DNA of 64,000 nucleotides from Acidimicrobiales bacterium (GCA_029247365.1 JAQWLJ010000011.1:82890-146889); one strand, 5' to 3'; counted from the first letter of the stretch, positions 37,722 through 49,335 are shown. Program-made: numbers and translations. The notes: generated from the letters alone by a model not told the origin.

Positions 37722-39401
37722 TCAGCCCCGCTGCTGCCGCTTCTGGATATTGGCCCACTCGTCGCGCAGGCCGACCGTGCGGTGGAACAGGTCACCAACG
37801 TCGAGGTCACGCGCGAAGTAGCCGAGACGTTCGAACTGGATGACCTCCCCCGGCGCAATATCGCCAATGGCCGGCTCGGCCTTCGCTCGCCTCATCTCGC
37901 GTGAGTCCGGATTGAGAGAATCGAGCGGATCGCCGCCGTCAGCGCCAGGATGAGCGTCGGTAAACAGTCGGTTGTAGAGCGCGACGTCGAGATCAATCGC
38001 ATGGTCGGCAGACACCCAGTGGATTGTGGCTTTGACCTTGCGGCCGTCGGGGGCCTGCCCACCGGCTGTCTCGGGATCGTACGTGCAGAGCAGGCGCGTC
38101 ACCTCGCCGTCGGCGCCGATCTCGACGTCGTTGCAGGTGATGAAGTAGCCCGCACGCAAGCGGACTTCACGGCCGGGCGCGAGCCGGAAGAACTTCTTCG
38201 GCGGGTCGAGCATGAAGTCATCTCGCTCGATGTACAGCCGGCCCGAAAACGGCACGTCGCGGGTGCCGGCCGCACCGTCTTCAGGATTATTGATCGCCTG
38301 CCGGGTGTCGTCTTGGCCTTCGGGCCAGTTGGTGATGACGACCTCGACCGGATCGAGCACTGCCATGCGACGCAGCGCGTGCGCGTTGTGGTGGCTGCGA
38401 ACAAACGACTCAAGCAGTTCGATCTCGTGGACACCGTTGACTTTCGCCACGCCGATGTGGCCAGCGAATGCCCGGATCGCCTCTGCCGGATAGCCGCGAC
38501 GGCGAAGGCCTTGCAGCGTCGGCATGCGAGGATCGTCCCACCCGTCGACATGGCCGTCGTCCACGAGCTGCAAGAGTTTGCGCTTACTCAGGACCGTATG
38601 GGCGAGGTTCAGCCGGGCGAACTCCGTCTGGCGAGGCCGGTCAGGACCCTGGTTGAGCTGCTCGAGATACCAGTCGTACAGCGGCCGATGGCTGTCGAAC
38701 TCGAGTGTGCAGATCGAGTGCGTGACACCCTCGATCGCGTCAGACTGGCCATGCGCCCAGTCGTAGGTGGGGTACACCTTCCAGCGGTCGCCGGTGCGGA
38801 AATGGTGCTGGTCGCGGATGCGGTACATCACGGGATCGCGCATCTGCATGTTCTCGTGAGCCATGTCGATCTTGGCCCGCAACACCCGCGAGCCCTCGTC
38901 AAACTCGCCGGCGGTCATGCGAGCGAACAGGTCGAGGTTCTCTTCGACGCTGCGGTCGCGCCACGGCGAATCGATGCCGGGGGTGGTGAACCCGCCGCGG
39001 TTCTGCGAGATCGTCTCGGCGTCTTGATCGTCGACATAGGCAAGGCCGGCTTCGATCAGTTCCACCGCCCACGCGTGGAGTTGATCGAAGTAGTCAGACG
39101 CATAGCGGACCTCTTCGGGTTCAAAGCCGAGCCAGCGGACATCGTCTTGGATGGCGTCGACGAAACGCTCGTCCTCGGTTTCGGGGTTGGTGTCGTCGAA
39201 GCGGAGCATCGTGGTACCGCCAAACTCATCGGCTGCGCCAAAGTTGAGACAGATCGACTTCGCATGCCCAATGTGGAGGTAGCCGTTCGGCTCCGGCGGG
39301 AAGCGCGTCTGGACCCGCCCGCCATAGGGGCCGTTGGAGCTGTCCTGCTTGAGCATCTCTCGGACGAAGTCGGTCCCAGAGTTGCTGGTCGGCGCGTTCA
39401 C
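37722..39401 (-). CDS. glnS: glutamine--tRNA ligase
   Basis: 559 aa. TDFVREMLKQD...RFPPEPNGYLHIGHAKSICLNFG carries the HIGH motif, and VLSKRKL is KMSKS-like. It is collinear with E. coli GlnRS as I recall it. GTG start at 39401, with an in-frame TAA 3 codons upstream. Confidence 0.9.
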   Translation of the reverse strand: MNAPTSNSGTDFVREMLKQDSSNGPYGGRVQTRFPPEPNGYLHIGHAKSICLNFGAADEFGGTTMLRFDDTNPETEDERFVDAIQDDVRWLGFEPEEVRYASDYFDQLHAWAVELIEAGLAYVDDQDAETISQNRGGFTTPGIDSPWRDRSVEENLDLFARMTAGEFDEGSRVLRAKIDMAHENMQMRDPVMYRIRDQHHFRTGDRWKVYPTYDWAHGQSDAIEGVTHSICTLEFDSHRPLYDWYLEQLNQGPDRPRQTEFARLNLAHTVLSKRKLLQLVDDGHVDGWDDPRMPTLQGLRRRGYPAEAIRAFAGHIGVAKVNGVHEIELLESFVRSHHNAHALRRMAVLDPVEVVITNWPEGQDDTRQAINNPEDGAAGTRDVPFSGRLYIERDDFMLDPPKKFFRLAPGREVRLRAGYFITCNDVEIGADGEVTRLLCTYDPETAGGQAPDGRKVKATIHWVSADHAIDLDVALYNRLFTDAHPGADGGDPLDSLNPDSREMRRAKAEPAIGDIAPGEVIQFERLGYFARDLDVGDLFHRTVGLRDEWANIQKRQQRG

Positions 39402-39577
39402 ACCGCCATGTTACGGTCGCTGACTCGGCGCACACCCCGGTGTGCGCCCTCTCCCAACCCGGCCTCACGAGTGCGACCACCAGCAATCCAGCTATCGGCG
39501 CAAGCCTGCTCGAGCCGCGGGCCGAGCGGGTTGGCACTACTGGGTGGGCTGAGCGGCGGCCTGCCAGACTGCGGGCC

Positions 39578-40747
39578 ATGACATCGCAGCTCCCTCTCGA
39601 CGGCATCCGAGTCATCGACTTTTCACGAGTGCTCGCCGGGCCACTCATCGGCCAACTGCTCGCCGACCTCGGCGCCGACGTAATCAAGGTCGAGCGTCCT
39701 GACGGCGGCGACGACACTCGAGCGTGGGGTCCGCCTTGGAAGAACTACGCAGCCGACGGTGAGCCTGAGGATCTCGAGGCGACGTACTTCATGTCACTCA
39801 ACCGCAACAAGCGTTCGGTTGCGCTCGACCTCAAGGACGATGACGACATCGCCTTCGCCCGTCGGCTCGCCCTCACCGGCGACATCGTGCTCGACAACTT
39901 CCGGCCCGGCTTCATGGCGAAGATTGGGCTCGATCAGGAATCCCTCGCGGCTGACAAGGCGTCGATCATCACTGCGTCGGTGACCGCGTTCGGATCGACC
40001 AGCGACGCCGCCCACCTTCCGGGTCTCGATCTTGCGGTGCAAGGTATGGCCGGCATCATGCATCTCACCGGAGAGGACGGTGAGCGGCCCCTGCGGGCCG
40101 GTGTGCCGGTTGTCGACATGCTCACCGGCTACAACACCACGGTCGGCGTGCTCGCGGCGCTGCACGCAGTGAACCAGACCGGGACCGGCTGCCACGTCGA
40201 AGTGTCGCTGATGGACGCCGGTCTCGCCGGACTACTGAACCACCAGACCGGCGTGATGATGGGGGGCCAGAATCCCGGCCGTGGCGGTAACAAGCACTAT
40301 TCGATCGCGCCCTACGAAAGCTACAGCTGCGCCGACGGCGACATGGTCGTCGCAGCAGCCAACGACAGGCTCTACGCCAACCTGTGCCACGCGATCAGCC
40401 GAAGCGACCTGATCGATGATCCTCGATTCGTCACCAACACGCTGCGACGCCAGAACGTCGGCGAACTTAACGAGATCCTCGAGCCGATCTTTCGCACCGA
40501 CACCCGTGCCCGTTGGGTCGAGCGCCTCCAAGGCGCACAGGTCGCGTGTGGACCGGTGAACTCACTGCCAGAGGCACTGGCGTGGGCTGAGCAAATGGGA
40601 ATGGAACCCCAGATCGACGGCCCCGATGGGTACCAGGCCGTTCGCAATCCGATCCGGCTCGATGGCGAGGTGATCAACACCGCCCGCCTTCGGCCCCCGC
40701 GCACCGGCGAACACTCCGCCGAGATCCGAGCCGAGGTCGACGAGTGA
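39578..40747 (+). CDS. CaiB/BaiF family (class III) CoA-transferase
   Basis: ORF 39440..40747. ATG 39578 gives MTSQLPLDGIRVIDFSRVLAGPLIGQLLADLGADVIKVE, the canonical family N-terminus. Confidence 0.85.
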   Translation: MTSQLPLDGIRVIDFSRVLAGPLIGQLLADLGADVIKVERPDGGDDTRAWGPPWKNYAADGEPEDLEATYFMSLNRNKRSVALDLKDDDDIAFARRLALTGDIVLDNFRPGFMAKIGLDQESLAADKASIITASVTAFGSTSDAAHLPGLDLAVQGMAGIMHLTGEDGERPLRAGVPVVDMLTGYNTTVGVLAALHAVNQTGTGCHVEVSLMDAGLAGLLNHQTGVMMGGQNPGRGGNKHYSIAPYESYSCADGDMVVAAANDRLYANLCHAISRSDLIDDPRFVTNTLRRQNVGELNEILEPIFRTDTRARWVERLQGAQVACGPVNSLPEALAWAEQMGMEPQIDGPDGYQAVRNPIRLDGEVINTARLRPPRTGEHSAEIRAEVDE

Positions 40748-41135
40748 GCCATAGGCAAATCGGCCTCTTCACGATCCTCGTGCCCTCGTACGACGACGGC
40801 ATCGATCACTTCGTGAACGATCTCGGGTTCGAGCTTGTCAAAGACACGGCGCAGAAGGGGAAGCGGTGGGTCGTGGTGCAACCGTCATCAGCATCAGAGA
40901 CCGGCCTTGTCCTCGCCGAAGCGTCCACGCCTGCACAACAGGCTGCGCTCGGAACCAACTCGGTGACCGGGTCGGTTTTTTCCTCCACACCGACGACTTC
41001 GCTCGCGATCACACACGTATGCGTGCCGCTGGCGTGCACTTTCGCGAGGAACCGCGCCACGAGCCGTACGGCACCGTCGCCGTCTTCGACGACAAGTACG
41101 GCAACGGCTGGGACCTCCTCCAGCCCGCTGACTAA
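40744..41135 (+). pseudogene. VOC (glyoxalase/bleomycin-resistance) family gene with a -1 nt frameshift
   Basis: The N-terminal half is in the frame of ORF 40744 (MSHRQIGLFTILVPSYDDGIDHFVNDLGFELVKD...AALG). The C-terminal half is in the frame of ORF 40866 (NQLGDRVGFFLHTDDFARDHTRMRAAGVHFREEPRHEPYGTVAVFDDKYGNGWDLLQ). The junction is near 40951..40956. The GTG start overlaps the CoA-transferase stop (GTGA). Confidence 0.6.
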
Positions 41136-42127
41136 CGCGGCTCGATTGCAACGATTGTGCCCGCCGCGTGGTCGGTGGCGAACAGTTGCGATCCATCCAC
41201 AACGAGGTGCTGCGGCCGATCGAGTTTGGCGGTGATCACGAGGGCAGGGGCTGGTGCTGTGGCGCGGATATCGACCTCGACGATCTGAGCATCAACCCAG
41301 AGTGCGACGAGCAACCGAGACGAGTTCCACGGCGAGACCGCAAGGCCGGTGGGTGTAGCGCCCGGTCCGAACACCGCCTGCGACCGGGGCACGCCCCGAC
41401 ACGGATCCGCAACGCCGGCGTCCTCAACCGGGCGGTTGTCACCCACGCAGACGGGCCAACCATGATCGGCTCCTTCCCGCACGGCAACCAACTCATCGGT
41501 TGCCGGGACACCGTCGAAGCTGCCGTCAGACATCTCGGTCGTCCAGAGGGTGCCATCGGCAGTAACGACATGTGCGTACGCGTGCTTGAAGCCCCAGGCC
41601 ACGTTCGTGATCGTCCCATCTGCGTCGACGGCCCACAGCGCACCAGAGATCTCCACCGGTGACCCGTCGGGGCCAGGAGGAAGTCGCGTCGACCCCGACG
41701 TGTCGAACAACAGCCGGTCACCATCGACGGTGAGCGTCCCTTGCGATCGCCCGTTGTAGGCCATGTCATCGACAACCACCGCACGATTCGAACCGTCGAG
41801 GGCACTGCGGGTCAGCCGTCGTTGCTCCATCACCCACAACTGGCCAGCGAAGACCGCAACCCCCGTCGGCTTCTGCAACCCATCGAGCACGACAACGGGC
41901 GCTGCGTCGAGATCCTCAGGGTTGAGGCGAAGCACCTGGCCGGTGGCGGCGCCTTCGGCGCCGTTGAGATGAGCGACGAACCACGCCTCGTCAGTGACCG
42001 CAAGCTGCGTTGGTCCGTCAAGGCCCTGTACCACCACAGTGGCCGAGTACGGACTGACCGGATCATCGGAGCCGCAGCCGACCGTAAGCAAAACCAGCGC
42101 GACGATCACGCTGAGGGGGCGGCTCAC
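41132..42127 (-). CDS. beta-propeller lipoprotein, PQQ-dependent sugar dehydrogenase (GSDH)-like
   Basis: 331 aa. The signal/lipobox is MSRPLSVIVALVLLTVGCGSDD. Propeller-like repeats and a GADHGWP motif are reminiscent of soluble glucose/sorbosone dehydrogenase-like proteins. GTGA overlap with the upstream gene. Confidence 0.5.
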   Translation of the reverse strand: MSRPLSVIVALVLLTVGCGSDDPVSPYSATVVVQGLDGPTQLAVTDEAWFVAHLNGAEGAATGQVLRLNPEDLDAAPVVVLDGLQKPTGVAVFAGQLWVMEQRRLTRSALDGSNRAVVVDDMAYNGRSQGTLTVDGDRLLFDTSGSTRLPPGPDGSPVEISGALWAVDADGTITNVAWGFKHAYAHVVTADGTLWTTEMSDGSFDGVPATDELVAVREGADHGWPVCVGDNRPVEDAGVADPCRGVPRSQAVFGPGATPTGLAVSPWNSSRLLVALWVDAQIVEVDIRATAPAPALVITAKLDRPQHLVVDGSQLFATDHAAGTIVAIEPR

Positions 42128-43095
42128 CGATCGACGATCGCTTCAGCGGCCGCTCGGCCCGACATGAATGCCCCTTCGACTTTCGGCCCGGCGAACGCCT
42201 CGCCCGCAAGCGCAACCACAGGCTCGTTCCCCCACACGACGGTCTGGTCGGGGTGAACGTTGACCGGCCCGGCGTAGCGCCATCGTTGGATCTGGTGGCC
42301 AACAAGGGCGGAGCGGTCCCCAGCAGCGCCGAGGACATCGGCCGCGGCATCCATGGCGACATGCAGAACGTCTCGGTCTGTGGCGTTCCACAGCGCACCG
42401 CTGCGTTCGTTCGACAGATGGATTGTGACCGCCGGAATCGGCGAGATCCCTTTCGCCCGGTTGTCGGTCACAAACGCAAGATTGGGATGATCGATATACT
42501 GCGCGCCGCCATGGGCGGCCATGCCGGTCGGGTCCGTCGCCGGCGCAAGGAGCACCGCAATCGTCGGCTTGTAATGGATCTCGGACAAGCGCTGGGCCAA
42601 CGCCGGCTCCGGCAACAGCCCACCCAACGCCATTGTCGCAAGTGCCTGCGGCACGGGCGCGGTGTGGATGACCGCATTGACCGGGTGGGCAGCCAGTTCA
42701 GCGCTCAGATTGTCGACCCGGTGGCCAAGCACCGGCTCAAGTCCAGCGTCCTTGGCGAGCCACTTGCACAGCGACGTCATCCCATCGGTACCCCGCCACC
42801 GCGGATGGCCATCGGGCTCCGAGCCGAACCCGCGGGTCCACTCCACCACAGCACCAGCATCGACCGCCGCCGCAACGGTTTCGCTGAACGCAGGACCTCG
42901 GCTCGTGAAGAACTGCGCACCGTGATCGAATCGGGCAACACCCGCAGGCGTCTCGATTCGGCGAGACGCCATGCGTCCACCCACCCCGCGACCCTTGTCG
43001 ACGATCCGAAGGTCACCTGGTTCGACGCCAAGCTCAAGCAGACGGCGAGCTGCGGCCAGGCCGGCGATGCCGGTCCCGATGATCAGCGTGCGCAT
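42124..43095 (-). CDS. NAD(P)/FAD-dependent oxidoreductase (renalase/amine-oxidase-like)
   Basis: 323 aa with MRTLIIGTGIAGLAAARRL...VDKGRGVGGRMASRR...FDHGAQFF, as in COG3380-type flavoproteins. Confidence 0.7.
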   Translation of the reverse strand: MRTLIIGTGIAGLAAARRLLELGVEPGDLRIVDKGRGVGGRMASRRIETPAGVARFDHGAQFFTSRGPAFSETVAAAVDAGAVVEWTRGFGSEPDGHPRWRGTDGMTSLCKWLAKDAGLEPVLGHRVDNLSAELAAHPVNAVIHTAPVPQALATMALGGLLPEPALAQRLSEIHYKPTIAVLLAPATDPTGMAAHGGAQYIDHPNLAFVTDNRAKGISPIPAVTIHLSNERSGALWNATDRDVLHVAMDAAADVLGAAGDRSALVGHQIQRWRYAGPVNVHPDQTVVWGNEPVVALAGEAFAGPKVEGAFMSGRAAAEAIVDR

Positions 43096-43099
43096 CAGA

Positions 43100-43960
43100 T
43101 CAGTCCAGCAGCGCGTCGGCGCGTACTGGCGCCACGGCCGCCGCTAGGTGCTCATTGGTGACCTTGCCGTACAGGCTGCGAATCCGTTGGACCGAGCCAA
43201 CCGAGCCCGACGTCTCGCTGAACGACATGATCAAGAGAAGGCGTGTGGTGTCACCTTCGTTGGGTGTCACTCGATGCAGCGAGAACCGGCCGAGGAAGAA
43301 CTGCAGATCACCAGGGCGGAGGTCGATACTGCGAACACCGGCTCGGTCACCATCGAGAACGGCAGTTACGCCAGCCTCGTTCTCATCAGTGGGCGATCGG
43401 ACGTCAGGTACGTACTCGAACAGTCCGCCCTCGTCGGCGCGCTGCAAAAGCATGGTGATCGTGAACTCGTTGGTGTCAAAGTGCCAGTTGAACTCCTGAT
43501 CCTTCCGCTGAACGTTCACGATCATGTTCGACACTGGGTCTTCGTAGATATGCAGCTCGTCCTTGCCGAGGCAGTCCTGCAGGAAGTCCTTGAGCGGGTT
43601 CCAGTCATAGAGACGCTTGGAATGAGTGGAGTCGTCCCATTCATCGGCTCGCACAAAGCCGTTGGTCCGCGCGAAAAACCGGTTGCGGGGGTGATCAGCG
43701 GGCCGCGATGGGTCGGCGTCGCCCAAGTGAACATTGGCCTTGTTCACCGGGTTGTAAAACGCCCGTGGTTCGCGCTCGGCCGCTTCGGCGAGCAGTTCGC
43801 GAACTCCTACCGCGCTCAAAAACCCCGGGAGCACAGCGCAGCCGACGTCGGCCAGCGCGGCCCGCACCGCAGCCACAACTTCATCACGACGGGGGCCGGT
43901 GGTCGCGATGGGGTAACGATCAGTGTCAATCAGAGCCCACGGTTCGAGCGCCGTTCCCAT
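43100..43960 (-). CDS. Fe(II)/2-oxoglutarate-dependent oxygenase-like protein (HxD...H; ArpA/BesD-family-like hydroxylase)
   Basis: ORF 43100..44047; start MGTALEPW (43960) preferred. The segments DRYPI, NWHFDTNEF (H-x-D) and FSLHRVTP (distal His) fit a 2OG oxygenase facial triad. The family assignment is from memory only. Confidence 0.5.
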   Translation of the reverse strand: MGTALEPWALIDTDRYPIATTGPRRDEVVAAVRAALADVGCAVLPGFLSAVGVRELLAEAAEREPRAFYNPVNKANVHLGDADPSRPADHPRNRFFARTNGFVRADEWDDSTHSKRLYDWNPLKDFLQDCLGKDELHIYEDPVSNMIVNVQRKDQEFNWHFDTNEFTITMLLQRADEGGLFEYVPDVRSPTDENEAGVTAVLDGDRAGVRSIDLRPGDLQFFLGRFSLHRVTPNEGDTTRLLLIMSFSETSGSVGSVQRIRSLYGKVTNEHLAAAVAPVRADALLD

Positions 43961-44014
43961 AAGCGCGGAAGCGTAGGCGACCGTTCCGGGGTGAGGGAAA
44001 AACTCTCCGATTAG

Positions 44015-46243
<2,229 letters not shown>

Positions 46244-46314
46244 ACGTCAGGTTGTCGTTCTGACGTATCGCAATGCGTCGTCCAGGCCCACCGTGGCTCG
46301 GACGGCGCATTGCG
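46244..46314. terminator. two hairpins in the convergent katG/amidohydrolase gap (possible bidirectional terminator)
   Basis: ACGTCAG-N9-CTGACGT (46244..46266) and CGCAATGCGTCGTCC-N16-GGACGGCGCATTGCG (46269..46314, 14/15 paired). Neither has a clear U-tract. Confidence 0.4.
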
Positions 46315-46350
46315 GACGCAGACCGGCGGGTTCGATGGTGACCGACGCGT

Positions 46351-47640
46351 TTACTCGGGCCAGGGGACGCCGTAGTCCTCGAACCACCAGCGAGCCTCGC
46401 GGATAGCATTCGGGTCGGTGCGCAGCCCCGGGTCTTGATTGAGCTGCTCGGGGGTGGGGCCGACCTTGTCGGCGATGACGGTCAGGGCGTCCTGGTCGAG
46501 CTCGTAGCACTTCACCGCATTGAGGCCGAGAAGCAGACGTGTCTCCTCGATCGGGATCTGCTGAAAGTCGGTCTCAAGGCGGGTCTTGGTGTTTGGCCAC
46601 GATCCTTCGGGGTGCGGGTAGTCGGTACCCCACATGAGGGCGTCGACGCCATTGACGTAGCGGCGGCGCAACTCAACCTTGCTCATGGTCGACGCGCCGA
46701 TAAAGACGTTCTCGCCGATGTACTCCGACGGCAACCGCTCGATGAGGCCGTGGGTACGGCTGCTCATCTTCTTGACCTTCCAGTTGGTGCCACCGAACAT
46801 CACATCGGTCTTCCACATGAGGTCACCGAGCCACCACGAACCGCACTCGACCGGCGCATATTTGAAGTTCGGGAACTTATCGAATTTGCCGGACAAAAGG
46901 AACTGCCAGAGGGGGCGATGGGTCCAGAACGCGACCTCGAGCATGTACTGGGCCATGTTGTCGTTGTAAGACGCAGCATCGGCCTCGCCCGAGTGGGTGT
47001 GCACAACGAGGCCAGTCTCGTGGCAGGCCTGCCAGACGGGGTCATACATCTCGTGGCCGTACGACGGGGCGTCATGCCACATCGTCGGGATCATGATCCC
47101 CTTGATGCCGGGCTTATCAGCGAGAGCATGAATCTCTTTCACCGACTCCTCTACCCCATGGGTGACGGGGACGAGCGCCACGCCGGCCCGCCGGGGCGGG
47201 TTAGTGGCGCAGAACTCCTCAAGCCATCGGTTGTGGGCTCGAGCGCCCGCCCATGCCAGCTTTGGGTCGGTGATGGCTCCAGCGTGGAGGCCAGCGCCAA
47301 ATGGCGGTGCTTCCATGCCCGTGACCGCGTCACCGTCGGCAAAGATCACTTCGCCCGCGATGCCGTCGGCGTCGAGGGCTTCGTCGCGGATATCGGGGTC
47401 GTAGGCGCCCTTGAGACCGTGCTCGTTCTCGCTCTCCCACTGCTCGACGTACTCGCCGTTCATTTCCTCGACCATGACGCGATGCTCATGGCGACCGGCC
47501 AGCCACTCGTCGAACTGTGGATGGACGGATGACTCTAGGTACTCGCGGTAGTCGTCAACGTACAGACCAGCGTGCGTGTCAGAGCTGATGATGATGTACG
47601 GAGCGTTGGACTGATCAACGCCTTCGAGCGGGTTGGGCAT
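46351..47640 (-). CDS. amidohydrolase-2 family metal-dependent hydrolase/decarboxylase (ACMSD-like)
   Basis: ORF 46351..47676. ATG 47640 is preceded by GAGGGAG and gives MPNPLEGVDQSNAPYIIISSDTHAG. The later HTHSGE and WGTDYPHPEG segments are typical. Confidence 0.7.
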   Translation of the reverse strand: MPNPLEGVDQSNAPYIIISSDTHAGLYVDDYREYLESSVHPQFDEWLAGRHEHRVMVEEMNGEYVEQWESENEHGLKGAYDPDIRDEALDADGIAGEVIFADGDAVTGMEAPPFGAGLHAGAITDPKLAWAGARAHNRWLEEFCATNPPRRAGVALVPVTHGVEESVKEIHALADKPGIKGIMIPTMWHDAPSYGHEMYDPVWQACHETGLVVHTHSGEADAASYNDNMAQYMLEVAFWTHRPLWQFLLSGKFDKFPNFKYAPVECGSWWLGDLMWKTDVMFGGTNWKVKKMSSRTHGLIERLPSEYIGENVFIGASTMSKVELRRRYVNGVDALMWGTDYPHPEGSWPNTKTRLETDFQQIPIEETRLLLGLNAVKCYELDQDALTVIADKVGPTPEQLNQDPGLRTDPNAIREARWWFEDYGVPWPE

Positions 47641-47699
47641 GGCACTCCCTCTGTCCACCGTTGCGGTGACTTGCACGGCGTTCTAGTATTACTTGCACA

Positions 47700-48350
47700 G
47701 TGTCCCAGAATACCGCTCAAGCCGTCAACACCGGCAGACGCGCCGGCCTTGACCAGGCCGACATGGTCGCCGTCGCGCTTCGCCTTGTCGAGAGTGGCGG
47801 CCCCGACGCGCTGACAATGCGCCGCCTCGCCGCCGAACTCGACGTCACCACCAACACCGTCTACTGGCACGTCGGCTCCCGTGACGAGTTGATCGCTGAG
47901 GTTATCCGCACCCGCTCGACGCAAATGGCCACCCGCGAGGTCGTCGGCACAACGGCGCGGGAACGCGTCGTCTCCGCCGCCCGCAACGTATGGGACAGCG
48001 CATTCGCCAACCGTGCGGTCACCTCGCTCGCCCACCAGACCGGCACGACGGCCCTGCTCGAACATCCGCTCGAAGTTGCGCTCGCTCACGAGATCGAAGC
48101 CGCCGGCCTCACCGGCAACGATGCAGCGCATGCACTTCGCTCGATCCTGTCGACCGTCGGCGGCTTCCTCGTCGGGGCACTTCGCGACGAATCGGCCATC
48201 CCTGCGAACCTGCGAGCTCCCGCACTGTGGTCGAAGACCGAAGCGGGCCTCGACGCCGAAACCGTCGACGCGTTGTCGGAGCCAATCGACCACGCCTCGG
48301 TCTTTGCCACAACACTCGACGCTGTGGTCGCCGCTTCCATTTCTGCCTAA
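47700..48350 (+). CDS. TetR family transcriptional regulator
   Basis: 216 aa with the HTH LTMRRLAAELDVTTNTVYWHVGSRDELI. It is divergent from the amidohydrolase. Confidence 0.8.
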   Translation: MSQNTAQAVNTGRRAGLDQADMVAVALRLVESGGPDALTMRRLAAELDVTTNTVYWHVGSRDELIAEVIRTRSTQMATREVVGTTARERVVSAARNVWDSAFANRAVTSLAHQTGTTALLEHPLEVALAHEIEAAGLTGNDAAHALRSILSTVGGFLVGALRDESAIPANLRAPALWSKTEAGLDAETVDALSEPIDHASVFATTLDAVVAASISA

Positions 48351-48389
48351 GGTTCGCCTTCCACAGCAGGCACGTGAGACGCTGTCGGT

Positions 48390-49151
48390 ATGGCTGAAGC
48401 ACCACAGGCCCGTCGCGGTGAAATCGCCGGCTGGCCGAAGCTCGTGATCACGTACCAGACCGGCGATGGAAACATCGCCCCACTGCTCCCGGCCGGTATC
48501 GAGCCGACCGGCGACAACACCGTGCAGGTCGGGATCTATTGCGTCCCGATTCAAGGCGAACCCGAGTACGGCGTGTCGATCAAGGTCCCGGCCCGTTGGC
48601 AGGGCGTCAAGGGTCAGTACAACCTCGGCATGGGCATCGATCAGGAAGCGGCGGTCTTCATCTCCGGCGAACGGAATGGCCAACCGAAGTTCCTGTGTGA
48701 CATCGACTATTACCGCCTCGGTGACTCGGTCGGCGCGCGAGCAACCCATCAGGGCTACACGTTTGTCGAGTATCACGGCACGGTCACCGGCGACGGGACT
48801 CCCGGGCCTGAGTACACCGAACACGAATGGTGGACGAAGTACAGCCGCGAGATTGGCGGCGGGGAGGGCTACGACTTTGCCCCCGTGGTGGTCGACGTGG
48901 CGACCACTATGCAGCCTGTTCACGTCGAACACCTCGACGGCGAAGTCACGCTGCTCGACTCGCCCTGGGATCCGGTCGCCCACTATCTACCGGTAGAAGG
49001 TGGGGTCGAAGCGATGCTTGTCACTCACCAGATGAAAGCCCGCGAGATCTCGAATGCCGGCCCGCTCGACCCCGACGCGTTCGGGGCTCATGCAGACGTG
49101 ATCGGTGGAAGCCGGTGGCCAGGAACGGGTGGTGGGCCCCGGCGGGGCTGA
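48390..49151 (+). CDS. acetoacetate decarboxylase (ADC) family protein
   Basis: 253 aa. SGERNGQPKF matches the ADC Schiff-base lysine motif (G-x-E-x-x-G-x-P-K) as I recall it from Clostridium Adc. Confidence 0.55.
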   Translation: MAEAPQARRGEIAGWPKLVITYQTGDGNIAPLLPAGIEPTGDNTVQVGIYCVPIQGEPEYGVSIKVPARWQGVKGQYNLGMGIDQEAAVFISGERNGQPKFLCDIDYYRLGDSVGARATHQGYTFVEYHGTVTGDGTPGPEYTEHEWWTKYSREIGGGEGYDFAPVVVDVATTMQPVHVEHLDGEVTLLDSPWDPVAHYLPVEGGVEAMLVTHQMKAREISNAGPLDPDAFGAHADVIGGSRWPGTGGGPRRG

Positions 49152-49335
49152 CCTCTGACGGACAACCCGACCACGCTCAACTGATGGCGGGTCGGTGCTG
49201 TCGAAGGTATGCGGTCGGCGTTCCCCACCTCGCAGCCAGACCTGATGGACACGCTGCTCTCCGCTCCCGCGGTCTGACTGAGGGAGACCGGATCCACTTC
49301 TGCCAGTTTGGCTAGCACTTGCTACGGTTCGGCCC

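Noticed and set aside
40976-40981. The T6 homopolymer (GGTTTTTTCC) as the frameshift site in the VOC gene.
   Set aside because: The C-terminal frame is already correct upstream of the T-run (NQLGDRVGFF reads through it). The frame switch maps about 20 nt earlier, near 40951..40956.
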